Positions 1 through 8,241 are shown, counted from the stretch's first letter. The stretch is 11,611 nt of DNA from an uncultured delta proteobacterium (GCA_963737905.1 CAVTUQ010000018.1:1-11611); one strand, 5' to 3'. Program-made: numbers and translations. The notes: generated by a model from the sequence alone, not told the origin.

Positions 1-23
1 CAATTACGGCCGTGGGAGACTAT

Positions 24-533
24 ATGAAAATCGTCAACATGCGTACGACTTTGAAGCTGATTCTTTCTTTTTCCTGGTTTATTGCTCTGGCGGTGGTTGG
101 GCCGGGCTACGCCGGAGATTATTACATATACCAAGACCCTGATGGTAAATTGTTTATCTCAAACTACGGGCCGCCTCCGGGGAGCAATGTCATAAAGAAG
201 GAAACGCTTGCCGAAGTTACGGATCAGCAAATCATAGAGTCGCGGCTCCGTGAAAACCAGCTTGCAGTTGATAATCGGCTTTCGAGTTTGGAAAGGAGTG
301 TCGGCGAGTTAGCCGAAAATTTGCCCGCGCAAAGCGAAGTCATAACCAACGTACCGGAGGGCTACGGCGACACCAATATCGCGGTTGGCGTGGCCCAAGG
401 ACCCGCGATAGTAGCAAGGCCACCGCACAGACATTTCAACCACCCTGGAAATTTGCGGCGCAATTTGCCCAAAGTCCAGTCTCACCCGGTAGCGCCCGGT
501 GCGCGTTCCGGTGGCGGTGGGAGGGCAGGGTAA
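24..533 (+). CDS. Secreted DUF4124-like protein with low-complexity Pro/His/Arg/Gly-rich tail
   Basis: GGGAGA RBS at 14-19 before ATG 24 (alternative starts GTG 12, ATG 39). Signal-peptide-like hydrophobic stretch ending GYA, then YYIYQDPDGKLFISN resembling the DUF4124 'Y.W.D.dG..hfsd' motif, then a short coiled-coil-like segment. Confidence 0.6.
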   Translation: MKIVNMRTTLKLILSFSWFIALAVVGPGYAGDYYIYQDPDGKLFISNYGPPPGSNVIKKETLAEVTDQQIIESRLRENQLAVDNRLSSLERSVGELAENLPAQSEVITNVPEGYGDTNIAVGVAQGPAIVARPPHRHFNHPGNLRRNLPKVQSHPVAPGARSGGGGRAG

Positions 534-771
534 GCGCTGTTTGTTTCTGATACGGCCTATTTGCCTTCATCTTTCTTCACGCCCCGACCAGAGGCTCAGG
601 CATACTCTAAGTCTACAAGGATTTTCGGAACGCGGCCGACACACGGAAAGCAATGAAAAAACACACTTAAAAAACCGTCCATGGAACTGATCGCTTATTC
701 ATTCATGCGACGCTGATGGTCTCCTAACCTTAAGCTTGACCTCGAAACTCAATCGGTAAGTTTTAACGGAT

Positions 772-1539
772 ATGCATTTAGCCTTCGAAGCTGTAGGAGA
801 GGGCCATCCCATTGTTATCTTGCACGGACTTCTCGGCTCCGCTGACAACTGGCGCTCGATGAGCCGGCGCCTCGGCGCTCATTTCAAAGTCTTCGCCGTC
901 GATTTGCGCAATCACGGCCGATCGCCACACAGCGACATTTTTGACTATGACGTTATGACCACCGATCTGCGGGAATTCATGGAGCGACAAGCACTACGGC
1001 GCATCATGCTTCTGGGCCATTCGATGGGTGGAAGAGTTGCTATGCAGTTCGCCATCGACTATCCCGAACAAGTCGATCGGCTGGTTGTCGTAGACATAGC
1101 TCCGAAGCCCTACGAACCCTCTCAACGCTATCTATTGAAGGCCCTGTGTTCGTTGGATCTGACACGCTACAAATCTTTTGCCGATGTCGATGCCGCTCTG
1201 GCGGCAGAGGTTTCAAGCGAGTCTTTGCGGCATTTTCTGCTCAAGAATTTGGCGCGAGATGAAAATGGCCGCCTCCGCTGGAAAGCCCATTTGGCAGCGA
1301 TCGATCGTAACTACGATAAACTCGGGCGGGGGCTTGCGCCGGAGCGAAGCTTTGCCAAACCCACCTTATTCATCCGCGGCGGCCGGTCGAACTATATTGA
1401 AGATGACGATGCCCCATTGATCCGACAGATTTTTCCGCAAGCCGAGATCGCCACTCTGCCCGAGGCCGGTCACTGGAGTCACGTCGACCAACCGGAAGGG
1501 TTTTTCCAAACGGTTGTGAATTTCCTGACCAGAGCCTGA
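772..1539 (+). CDS. Alpha/beta-fold hydrolase, YbfF/ABHD11-like esterase
   Basis: LHGLLGS oxyanion motif, DLRNHGRS, nucleophile elbow GHSMGG, VVVDIAP and C-terminal catalytic His in AGHWSH; 255 aa. Confidence 0.9.
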   Translation: MHLAFEAVGEGHPIVILHGLLGSADNWRSMSRRLGAHFKVFAVDLRNHGRSPHSDIFDYDVMTTDLREFMERQALRRIMLLGHSMGGRVAMQFAIDYPEQVDRLVVVDIAPKPYEPSQRYLLKALCSLDLTRYKSFADVDAALAAEVSSESLRHFLLKNLARDENGRLRWKAHLAAIDRNYDKLGRGLAPERSFAKPTLFIRGGRSNYIEDDDAPLIRQIFPQAEIATLPEAGHWSHVDQPEGFFQTVVNFLTRA

Positions 1540-1757
1540 CGCGTTGTTTCAGTAGCCAGTGAGAATGTCGGACAGACTGCCGTGCCTGACTTGCCTTATG
1601 CTCAAGTCAAAAACTTCTCATTGATCGACTTTGCCGAGTGATCCAAAAGTTCTTTTCTTGCCGGTGGATTCTAACAGCGAGCGGCGTTGCCAATATTTTT
1701 CTGGCAGCGAGTACCGACAACATGGTTGTTGGCCCTTGCTCATCGTTTGTTTTCTGC

Positions 1758-1787
1758 TTGACCCACTTCCTCCGTTTAGCCTATTTT
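1758..1787 (+). promoter_or_regulatory. Possible sigma70-type promoter of the amidohydrolase gene
   Basis: TTGACC (1758-1763), 18-nt spacer, TATTTT (1782-1787), upstream of the AGGAGG RBS at 1821-1826. Confidence 0.3.
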
Positions 1788-1838
1788 ATACTCGACTAAT
1801 TTTGGCTGCCAATTCTTCAGAGGAGGCGCAGTATTACT

Positions 1839-2846
1839 ATGAAAATCATCGATGCTGACGGTCATATTCTGGATAAGGAAAAGGACATCCGAGCCCACCT
1901 GCCCGAGGCTTACCGGCGTAGAGGCGGTTCTTTGGTGCCGTCTTTGGGAGTGGATGCGCGGTTGGGAGGACGTTTCAGTGACATCGAGTGCCATGATGTG
2001 CCGAAGCGCCTTAGAGACATGGATCGCGAAGGCATCGATGTCTCGGTATTGTTTCCCACCACCAGCTTTGCCATGAGCAAGATCTTCGAGCGTGACTACG
2101 CGGTTGCTTACGCACGAGCCTACAACGATTTCATTGCGGAAGTTTGCCAAGAGAGTCCGCGCCTCAAGGCGGTGGCGCTGTTGCCGTTTCAAGACGTGGA
2201 TGCGGCGGTGGAAGAGGTCAAACGCGCGGTGACCGAGTTGGGATTGGTCGGCGTCGCCGTTGCTCCTCAGGGAATGAGGGAGCACCTCGGATCACAAACT
2301 TTCTGGCCCATCTATGAAGAGATGCAACGGTTCAATGTTCCCTTTTGTGTGCATAGCCGGCGAGAGGGGCCGGCGGGTGAAAATCGCTTCGATAGCTTCA
2401 TCTACATGCATACGATAGGCCGCCCGACGGAGACCATCATTCAATGCGTGGGTTTGATGTATGCCGGCATCCCGGAAAAGTTTCCCAAGCTGAGGATTGC
2501 GTTTCTCGAATGTGGTGCTGGCTGGGTTCCTTACTGGATGGAACGCATGGACGAAGAATGGGAGAAGCGGGGCGACGTAGAAGCGCCTTTGTGTAAACAA
2601 AAGCCCAGCGAGTACATCACTCACGGCAACTGGTTCTTCGCCACTGAGCCCGAAGAAGGGATGCTTCCCTACGTTATCGAGAGGATCGGCGAGGACAGAA
2701 TCGTTTTTGCCTCCGATTATCCTCATTGGGATGCGATGTTTCCCAATGTGGTGTCGACGATCCATGGCCGGAACGATATCTCGGAGAGTGCCAAAGAAAA
2801 GATCCTTGGGAAAAATGCCAATGCGCTTTACGGCTGGGACGACTGA
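1839..2846 (+). CDS. Amidohydrolase family protein (Amidohydro_2, metal-dependent TIM-barrel hydrolase/decarboxylase)
   Basis: N-terminal IIDADGH metal motif, DMDREGIDVSVLFPT, ARAYND, FCVH, FLECGAGWVPYW and C-terminal ASDYPHWD; AGGAGG RBS at 1821-1826. Confidence 0.9.
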   Translation: MKIIDADGHILDKEKDIRAHLPEAYRRRGGSLVPSLGVDARLGGRFSDIECHDVPKRLRDMDREGIDVSVLFPTTSFAMSKIFERDYAVAYARAYNDFIAEVCQESPRLKAVALLPFQDVDAAVEEVKRAVTELGLVGVAVAPQGMREHLGSQTFWPIYEEMQRFNVPFCVHSRREGPAGENRFDSFIYMHTIGRPTETIIQCVGLMYAGIPEKFPKLRIAFLECGAGWVPYWMERMDEEWEKRGDVEAPLCKQKPSEYITHGNWFFATEPEEGMLPYVIERIGEDRIVFASDYPHWDAMFPNVVSTIHGRNDISESAKEKILGKNANALYGWDD

Positions 2847-2967
2847 AGCCTGGCCGAAAGAAAGGATCTGGCCAATTCACTTCATGCCCTTCGAAAAAAC
2901 ACCAGCCATGGACAGATCGGAGCAAACAGATTTGGTTTGTTCTATTGGTGGCCAGGTGACTCAAAGG

Positions 2968-3939
2968 ATGACACGAACGAAGCTCGCGCTGGCTTTAACG
3001 GCTTTGATACTTTTTATCAGCGCCGCTTTTGGGCAAGAGTCGAAGACACCGCAGAAGCTTCGGATCGGCATACCGACTCGGAGCATGAGTTCGTTTCCCC
3101 AAATGGTGGCGTTAAGGCAAGGATTCTATCAACGGGAGGGCTTCGATCTCGAATTGATCGTCGTCTCTTCCGGTATTCCGGCGATTCAGGCGGTGATCGC
3201 AGGCGATCTCGATTTCGCGACCACCGGCAACGTCGCCACGATCGCAGCCCTGCGCGGAATGCCGGTCCGCAATGTGATGGTAAGCAGTACGGCAACCGAC
3301 CAAGTTCTTGTCGTCCGTCCAGAAATTCGCCGAGCAGAAGATCTTAAAGGGAAAATCTTAGGAGTGGCTGGCGTCAGGAGTGTCAGCGATGTATCGCTCC
3401 GTCTGTTTCTGAATAGATACGGCATGGCTCCGGACGTCGACGTGAAAATCGTTTCGTTGGGTGGAAGCGGGGTTAGGCTCGCGTCCCTGCAGGGAGGAAA
3501 GATCGACGGCACGTTGCTGTCGCCGCCTCATAACAAGGCAGCCGTTAAGCTAGGTTTTCGCGAGCTCTATATGATGAAGGATCTCAGGGGAGTACCAAGC
3601 GGAGGTTTAGCGACGAGTCTCCGAAAGATTCAGAATGAACCGGACTCTATCATACGGGCGATCAGAGTAACTTTGCGGGCCATCCAGTTCATCAAGCGCA
3701 ATAAGGAGGAAACCCTTAAGCTTATGAGCAAGGAGTTAGGAATCAAAGATAACGAAATTAACAGCATGGTTTACGATGATGGCATCAAGCTATATTCCGA
3801 TACCGGTACTCCTTCAGATAGCTCGATGATGGAGGAGATTGGCATCGCCAAAGAGGTTCTTGGGATTTCGAGAAATGTGGCAATCGCAGAAGTGGCGGAT
3901 TGGAGTTTTGCGCGCATTGCCCTCAAGGGACTAAAGTAA
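2968..3939 (+). CDS. ABC transporter substrate-binding protein, NMT1/THI5/SsuA-like
   Basis: Start reassigned to ATG 2968 because a signal peptide follows (MTRTKLALALTALILFISAAFG|Q). Motifs GFYQREGFDLEL, AVIAGDLDF, EDLKGKILGV, SLQGGKIDG. The ORF-track start at 2707 overlaps the amidohydrolase gene. Confidence 0.88.
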   Translation: MTRTKLALALTALILFISAAFGQESKTPQKLRIGIPTRSMSSFPQMVALRQGFYQREGFDLELIVVSSGIPAIQAVIAGDLDFATTGNVATIAALRGMPVRNVMVSSTATDQVLVVRPEIRRAEDLKGKILGVAGVRSVSDVSLRLFLNRYGMAPDVDVKIVSLGGSGVRLASLQGGKIDGTLLSPPHNKAAVKLGFRELYMMKDLRGVPSGGLATSLRKIQNEPDSIIRAIRVTLRAIQFIKRNKEETLKLMSKELGIKDNEINSMVYDDGIKLYSDTGTPSDSSMMEEIGIAKEVLGISRNVAIAEVADWSFARIALKGLK

Positions 3940-4001
3940 AGCGGCGCTAACCTTGGTTGGCGTTCCGGAACAACCGTTACCCGTGCGCCTTCGGTTTTCT
4001 T

Positions 4002-4905
4002 TCACTTGGACTTCAGGAGTGCGGATGCAACTTCGCGCCACTCGGGCATTGGGAGCGCCTGCGGGTCCCGTGGCAGCACCTGAACGCAGACATGGTCCGC
4101 GCCGGCGGACTGATGCGCGCGAACTCGATCGATAACAGCAGACAAATCACCCCATGCGACGATGGCGTCCACTAGCCGGTCACTACCACCGTTTGCGATG
4201 TCCTCATCACCGAAGCCGAGTCGGCGCAGGTTATTCACATAGTTGGGCAACGCGAGATACCTCGCGGTATGCACTCGCGCGATCTCTCGCGCTCTAGTTG
4301 AATCGGTTTCGAGTACCACGGCCTGCTCCACGGCGAGGAGTCGATCGCTGACCTAGAATCTCACGGGCGCGCGCGGTGTGTTCCGGTGGGACGAAGTACG
4401 AATGCGCGCCACCGGCTCGCTCCGCGGCTAACCGCAGCATTCCAGGTCCAAGTGCCGCCAACACTCTGACGGGCTTGACACTCGGAAGCACCGATCGGTA
4501 GGGAGCCCGATCCATTCCGTCCAGGTATGCCCGCATGGAAGCGAGCGGTTTGCCGTAACTATGGCCTCTTATCTGTTCCACCAGCGGAATGTGGCTAACA
4601 CCGAGACCGAGAAGAAACCGCCCCGGGTAGGCTTCATCCAAAGTATTTTGACCCGCGGCCGTCGTTACCGGATCGCGGGCGTAAATGTTTGCGATCCCTG
4701 TGGCAATGACTATACGGCTGGTTGCGCCGAGAAGTAACGCGGCATGCGTGAGCGATTCGCGACCCACACTTTCCGGGAACCAGATCGCTCCGAACCCGAG
4801 CTGTTCGAGGTCCGCGGCAGCTTCTCGCACCTTGGCGGCAGGCTGATAGTCAAACTGCGCCGTCCAGATTCCAATCGGTCCCACTTCCATGGACGAGGAC
4901 TTCAT
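4002..4905 (-). pseudogene. LLM-class, probable F420-dependent oxidoreductase (TIGR03620/MSMEG_4141-like), split by a single-base frameshift near 4350
   Basis: AAGGAG RBS before ATG 4905. The N-terminal frame has LEQLGFGAIWFPES, IATGIANIYARD, GRFLLGLGVSH, LAALGPGML and YFVPPEHT. Removing one base near 4350 gives AREILGSDRLLAVEQAVVLETD, continuing to AGADHVCVQVL and a stop at 4002. Could be a sequencing error. Confidence 0.85.
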
Positions 4906-5133
4906 CGGTTGCTCCTTTCGTTCGGGCATGGCCTAAGGAATTATTGCAGCTCGCGATGCAGATAGTAAATACTCTACCAGACGAGATCGCCAAGAGAAGA
5001 CAGCACGAAAGCTTAGGCGAAGAATTTAAGCCGATCGCAAGTTCGTCGGCTGCCACGACGCGAGAGCCGGTCGATATGTCACTCAACGCTCCTGCTGTTT
5101 GCTCATTCCTTTCATGCCCTCTTCGGGTTCGGT

Positions 5134-5856
5134 CTATCCTTCTTCCATCTCGGGGTAGTGGCGAAAAATGCCCTGTTGGTTGAAGGCCAACCGCCGCGGT
5201 GAGCTTAAATAGGCAGCGATGCGAGGGCGCGCCTTGATGCGATCATGTAGGGCTATAAGCAGTGGATGTTGCGGTTCGAGTTGCTCCATTGTCTTCGGAA
5301 AAGCATAACGCAAACCCTCGATCATCTGGAAAAGCGAGAGATCGACGTAAGCAACCCGCTTGCCGAGAAGGAAGTCGCCTGCTTTAACGTTAACCTTAAG
5401 AATTCTTTCGAAATAGCCGAGAAATTTAGGGATTCGGCTCGCTGCGAAGTGCGCGCCGCGCTTTTTACCCTCGGCGCTCTGCTCCTCATAATACAAAACG
5501 TTCGCGATCGGATGGTGTGTCTGGCCGGTTTCATAAAGCCAATCGGCAATCGTCAGTTGCAGTTGATTTGCCCAGAGCCGGGTCGCCTCGTTTTTCGGCA
5601 CGAGACCGAGCCGGGGGCCAAGAAACTGGAGAATGTTGGCGGTTTGGGAGATCAGGAGTTTGCCGGCTTTCAGAAACGGCGGCGCGAACGGCGGATGTTG
5701 TAAAGACAGGTCTTCGAGAAATTTCATGATCCCTGGACGGCCGAAACTCGGATCGCGCGCAACATCGACGTAATCCGCGCCGGCATCTTCCAATGGCAAC
5801 CTGACAAACTCGCCGCGGCCCTGAATGGATGGTTGATAGTAGAGCTCATAACGCAT
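5134..5856 (-). CDS. Glutathione S-transferase family protein
   Basis: YELYY...IQGRGEFVRL N-terminus, FAPPFLK, ISQTANIL glutathione-site motif, VAYVDLSLFQ C-domain motif; GAGGAGG RBS. Confidence 0.9.
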   Translation of the reverse strand: MRYELYYQPSIQGRGEFVRLPLEDAGADYVDVARDPSFGRPGIMKFLEDLSLQHPPFAPPFLKAGKLLISQTANILQFLGPRLGLVPKNEATRLWANQLQLTIADWLYETGQTHHPIANVLYYEEQSAEGKKRGAHFAASRIPKFLGYFERILKVNVKAGDFLLGKRVAYVDLSLFQMIEGLRYAFPKTMEQLEPQHPLLIALHDRIKARPRIAAYLSSPRRLAFNQQGIFRHYPEMEEG

Positions 5857-6068
5857 AAGAGTCCTCCTCTCGCCGATAAATTTGCATAAACCACGAAGTT
5901 GCTCAATAGAACAGCTCTAGATGCCGCTGATTGAGGTCTTCCAATCGTATCCAGAGATCTTGTCAATTCTACGATGGAACGCTTTGCACGATCCGGAACG
6001 GCTTGAACCAGCGGCATCTAGATGCTGAGCCGCTGGCGTCGGCGCGCAGCCGTGTTATTGTTAAAACA

Positions 6069-6503
6069 ATGGCAAGGAAAAGATCAAAGCAGCGAGAAGG
6101 AGATGCAGCCGTCCGGCAACCTCTCCAGGAGCTGCGCGACGCATTGCTCGACCTGCACAAGACGCTGATCGACTCCGAACGCGCGGTTTACGAAACCAGG
6201 GTCGGCCCGATCCAGTCGCCTCATCATTTTCTTCAGCTTCTTTCCAGCGATCCATGGTTCGCCTGGCTCCGCCCGGTTTCCCAACTGATCGTCGCGATGG
6301 ATGAAGCGCTTGACGCGGACGAATCGTTAACGAGCGACAGCGTCGATGCGTTAATGAACGAATCCGTATTCCTCTTGATCCCGGCGGAAAGAGGAGGGGA
6401 ATTCGGCGAGCGTTACCTGGCTGCGTTACAGCGAGATCCCGATGTGGTTCTCGCTCATGCGCAGGTGGCCCGGCGCATCGGTTCAAGAAAACCACCAGCG
6501 TAA
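6069..6503 (+). CDS. Hypothetical helical protein
   Basis: ATG 6069, in frame with ORF 5931..6503. Protein-like amphipathic sequence LRDALLDLHKTLIDSERAVYE...DPWFAWLRPVSQLIVAMDE; divergent from the GST gene. No clear RBS, start uncertain. Confidence 0.75.
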   Translation: MARKRSKQREGDAAVRQPLQELRDALLDLHKTLIDSERAVYETRVGPIQSPHHFLQLLSSDPWFAWLRPVSQLIVAMDEALDADESLTSDSVDALMNESVFLLIPAERGGEFGERYLAALQRDPDVVLAHAQVARRIGSRKPPA

Positions 6504-6601
6504 GAACTGGTGCATTTGGGTAGAACAATTGTGCCGCAGGCGTCGCCGTTTAGCTCGGATTGGTTTCCTCAGTCCTGATGAATTACTTTTTCCGAGTTTA
6601 A

Positions 6602-6635
6602 GCCGACATTTCGTCACGTGCCGATAACTAGTCAC
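6602..6635 (+). promoter_or_regulatory. Tandem putative enhancer-binding-protein sites (UAS), 18-bp period
   Basis: GCCGACATTTCGTCAC (6602-6617) and GCCGATAACTAGTCAC (6620-6635) are 12/16 identical with a GAY-N5-GTC dyad core, and end 85 bp upstream of the sigma54 TGG at 6721. Confidence 0.6.
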
Positions 6636-6719
6636 CATTCTTTGGTACGATCCCACTGAGGCCGAAAAGTAACAACTAAAATGCTTCTCATCTCGGTGCG
6701 TTTGCGAGCATCCACTGAT

Positions 6720-6736
6720 CTGGCACAAAACTTGCC
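6720..6736 (+). promoter_or_regulatory. sigma54 (RpoN) -24/-12 promoter
   Basis: CTGGCACAAAACTTGCC matches TGGCAC-N5-TTGC with exact GG-N10-GC spacing; the -12 C is 46 nt from ATG 6781. Confidence 0.8.
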
Positions 6737-6780
6737 CTATAACCTCTCCCGATACGACCCAGCCGAAGGGAGCAAAGTCT

Positions 6781-7056
6781 ATGGCTAGTAATTTTGAAAC
6801 AGAGAGATATCCATCCGAACTGTACGTGAAGGAGAAAACTATACCACGGAAAAAAGTGATCCGGACTACTTTGGGAGATCTTATCGCTGCAGTGACAGAC
6901 GAAGTTAAGCCCCTCGTCCGTGATCCGTCGGGCATGTACATGGTGGTGTCTTATATTCTTACTGATGTCTTAGCCCGCCATCGCCTGCGTGCTCGGAAGA
7001 GATCACTAAGAAAACACTCAAGTTATTTTGCTCAGGAAACATATGGTGTGAGCTAG
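6781..7056 (+). CDS. Small basic hypothetical protein (91 aa)
   Basis: GAAGGGAG RBS and a sigma54 promoter upstream. Core KKVIRTTLGDLIAAVTDEVKPLVRDPSGMYMVVSYILTDVLARHR looks like a compact helical domain; no signal peptide. Confidence 0.72.
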   Translation: MASNFETERYPSELYVKEKTIPRKKVIRTTLGDLIAAVTDEVKPLVRDPSGMYMVVSYILTDVLARHRLRARKRSLRKHSSYFAQETYGVS

Positions 7057-7117
7057 TCAGAGTATCGGCGAGGTGGACACCCGGCGAACGGAGCCTTAAA
7101 CCGAGGAACGAAGGCTT

Positions 7118-7328
7118 CAGCAGCCCGGCGGATCCGGCCAAGCTTGCCCGGGCCATTCTCCAACTCGCGAACGCCGCTGAGCCCCCATTGCGTCTGCCGT
7201 TAGGTCAAGACGACAAGAATATCTTTGTGGAACGAGAGACTGCAAAGTGGCGCGCGCTGGCCGAGTCCACCCGTATTAGCGCGGATTATTCGGTTAGGCC
7301 CATCGCAGGTCGACGTTTTCAAGTTTGA
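7118..7328 (+). pseudogene. C-terminal remnant of a short-chain dehydrogenase/reductase (SDR)
   Basis: CAG CAG CCC GGC (extra G) GAT CCG translates as QQPG/DPAKLARAILQLANAAEPPLRLPLGQDDKNIFVERETAKWRALAEST, resembling the QPGDP...PPLRLPLG...W..LA.ST tail of classical SDRs. No start codon or Rossmann fold upstream. Confidence 0.7.
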
Positions 7329-7412
7329 TGTTGTGATTCGTTTTCGGACGTCGAATCCGATATAAATCATTGCGCTAAGTACAGTCGCAGTCAAGCGGCG
7401 CTCGAAGAGCCT

Positions 7413-8072
7413 ATGAAAGCTGATATGAAGCTGATCTCTGTCAACGTTGGTCTTCCCCGGGTCGTCATGAGCAACGGCGAGCCAGTAACGACGGGAATTT
7501 TCAAAGAGCCAGTGGCAGGCCGTGTGGTGCTCCGAAGGCTCAACCTCGATGGTGATCGCCAGGCCGATCTTTCGGTTCACGGCGGGCCTAGCAAAGCGGT
7601 CTACGTCTATCCGTCCGAACACTACGATTACTGGAAGGGCGAACTGCCTGGAATGAAACTGCCCTGGGGCATGTTCGGTGAGAACTTCACGACGGCGGGA
7701 CTTTTTGAAACCCAGCTAAACATCGGTGACAAGTTGCGCGTGGGCTCGGCCGTCGTGATGGTGACCGAGCCGCGGATGCCCTGTTACAAGCTCGGCATCA
7801 AGTTCGGCCGCTCTGACATCGTCAAGAGGTTCCTGGCGAGCGAGCGCACGGGCTTCTATTTTGCCGTGCTGCAAGAGAGTGAGGTCGGAGTCGGTGATCC
7901 GATCGAACTGATGGAAAGCAGCGACCGCCGTGTAAGGGTGAGCGATATCGTCCAACTGTATACAAGCGAGAAGCACAACGTCGGGCTGCTCCGCCGCGCA
8001 ATGGAAGTGGAGGCTCTACCCGAAAGCTGGAAGAGCTATTTTCAGCATCGACTTGAGAAGCTTACTAAATAG
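7413..8072 (+). CDS. yiiM: MOSC domain protein with C-terminal 3-alpha domain (YiiM-like, predicted molybdenum-cofactor enzyme)
   Basis: TGIFKEPV, LDGDRQADLSVHGGPSKAVY, FGENFT, EPRMPCYKL (conserved Cys), RTGFYFAVL, ALPESWK. Alternative start ATG 7425. Confidence 0.9.
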   Translation: MKADMKLISVNVGLPRVVMSNGEPVTTGIFKEPVAGRVVLRRLNLDGDRQADLSVHGGPSKAVYVYPSEHYDYWKGELPGMKLPWGMFGENFTTAGLFETQLNIGDKLRVGSAVVMVTEPRMPCYKLGIKFGRSDIVKRFLASERTGFYFAVLQESEVGVGDPIELMESSDRRVRVSDIVQLYTSEKHNVGLLRRAMEVEALPESWKSYFQHRLEKLTK

Positions 8073-8166
8073 TCCTTGAATGGATTGTGAGACTGAACCG
8101 CGCAGATGATTTTGGTCATAGATAAACGCAGCGACTCATAGCTGAAGGAGATCTGAGCGAGATATT

Positions 8167-8241
8167 ATGACAAAGAAATTTGCCTGCAAGGTGGCAGTGA
8201 TCACCAGCCCGTGGCATTTGAATGAAGCAGGCAGGCCGTGA
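8167..8241 (+). pseudogene. N-terminal remnant of an SDR (24 codons)
   Basis: MTKKFACKVAVITSPWHLNEAGRP*. The first 13 residues resemble the SDR start M.kkl.gKVAVITG, and similarity stops where TGxxxGIG should be. GAAGGAG lies upstream. Confidence 0.5.

Noticed and set aside
676-745. Fluoride (crcB) riboswitch-like fragment GCTGATGGTCTCCTAACC upstream of the hydrolase
   Set aside because: Only a partial resemblance. The required 5' GGNGAUGGNGUUCNCC stem and pseudoknot pairing cannot be built.
2707-2967. 87-aa N-terminal extension of the substrate-binding protein in the ORF track
   Set aside because: Overlaps the amidohydrolase 3' end and buries the signal peptide; ATG 2968 fits better.
4294-4352. 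Programmed ribosomal frameshift in the LLM gene
   Set aside because: No slippery heptamer or homopolymer run at the shift; mutation or sequencing error is simpler.
4963-4980. Fourth sigma54 promoter (minus strand TGGTAGAGTATTTACT) upstream of the LLM gene
   Set aside because: The -12 dinucleotide is AC rather than GC, and the -24 box has two mismatches.
5974-5989. TGGAACGCTTTGCA as a sigma54 promoter for the 6069 gene
   Set aside because: GG-to-GC spacing is 8 nt rather than the required 10.
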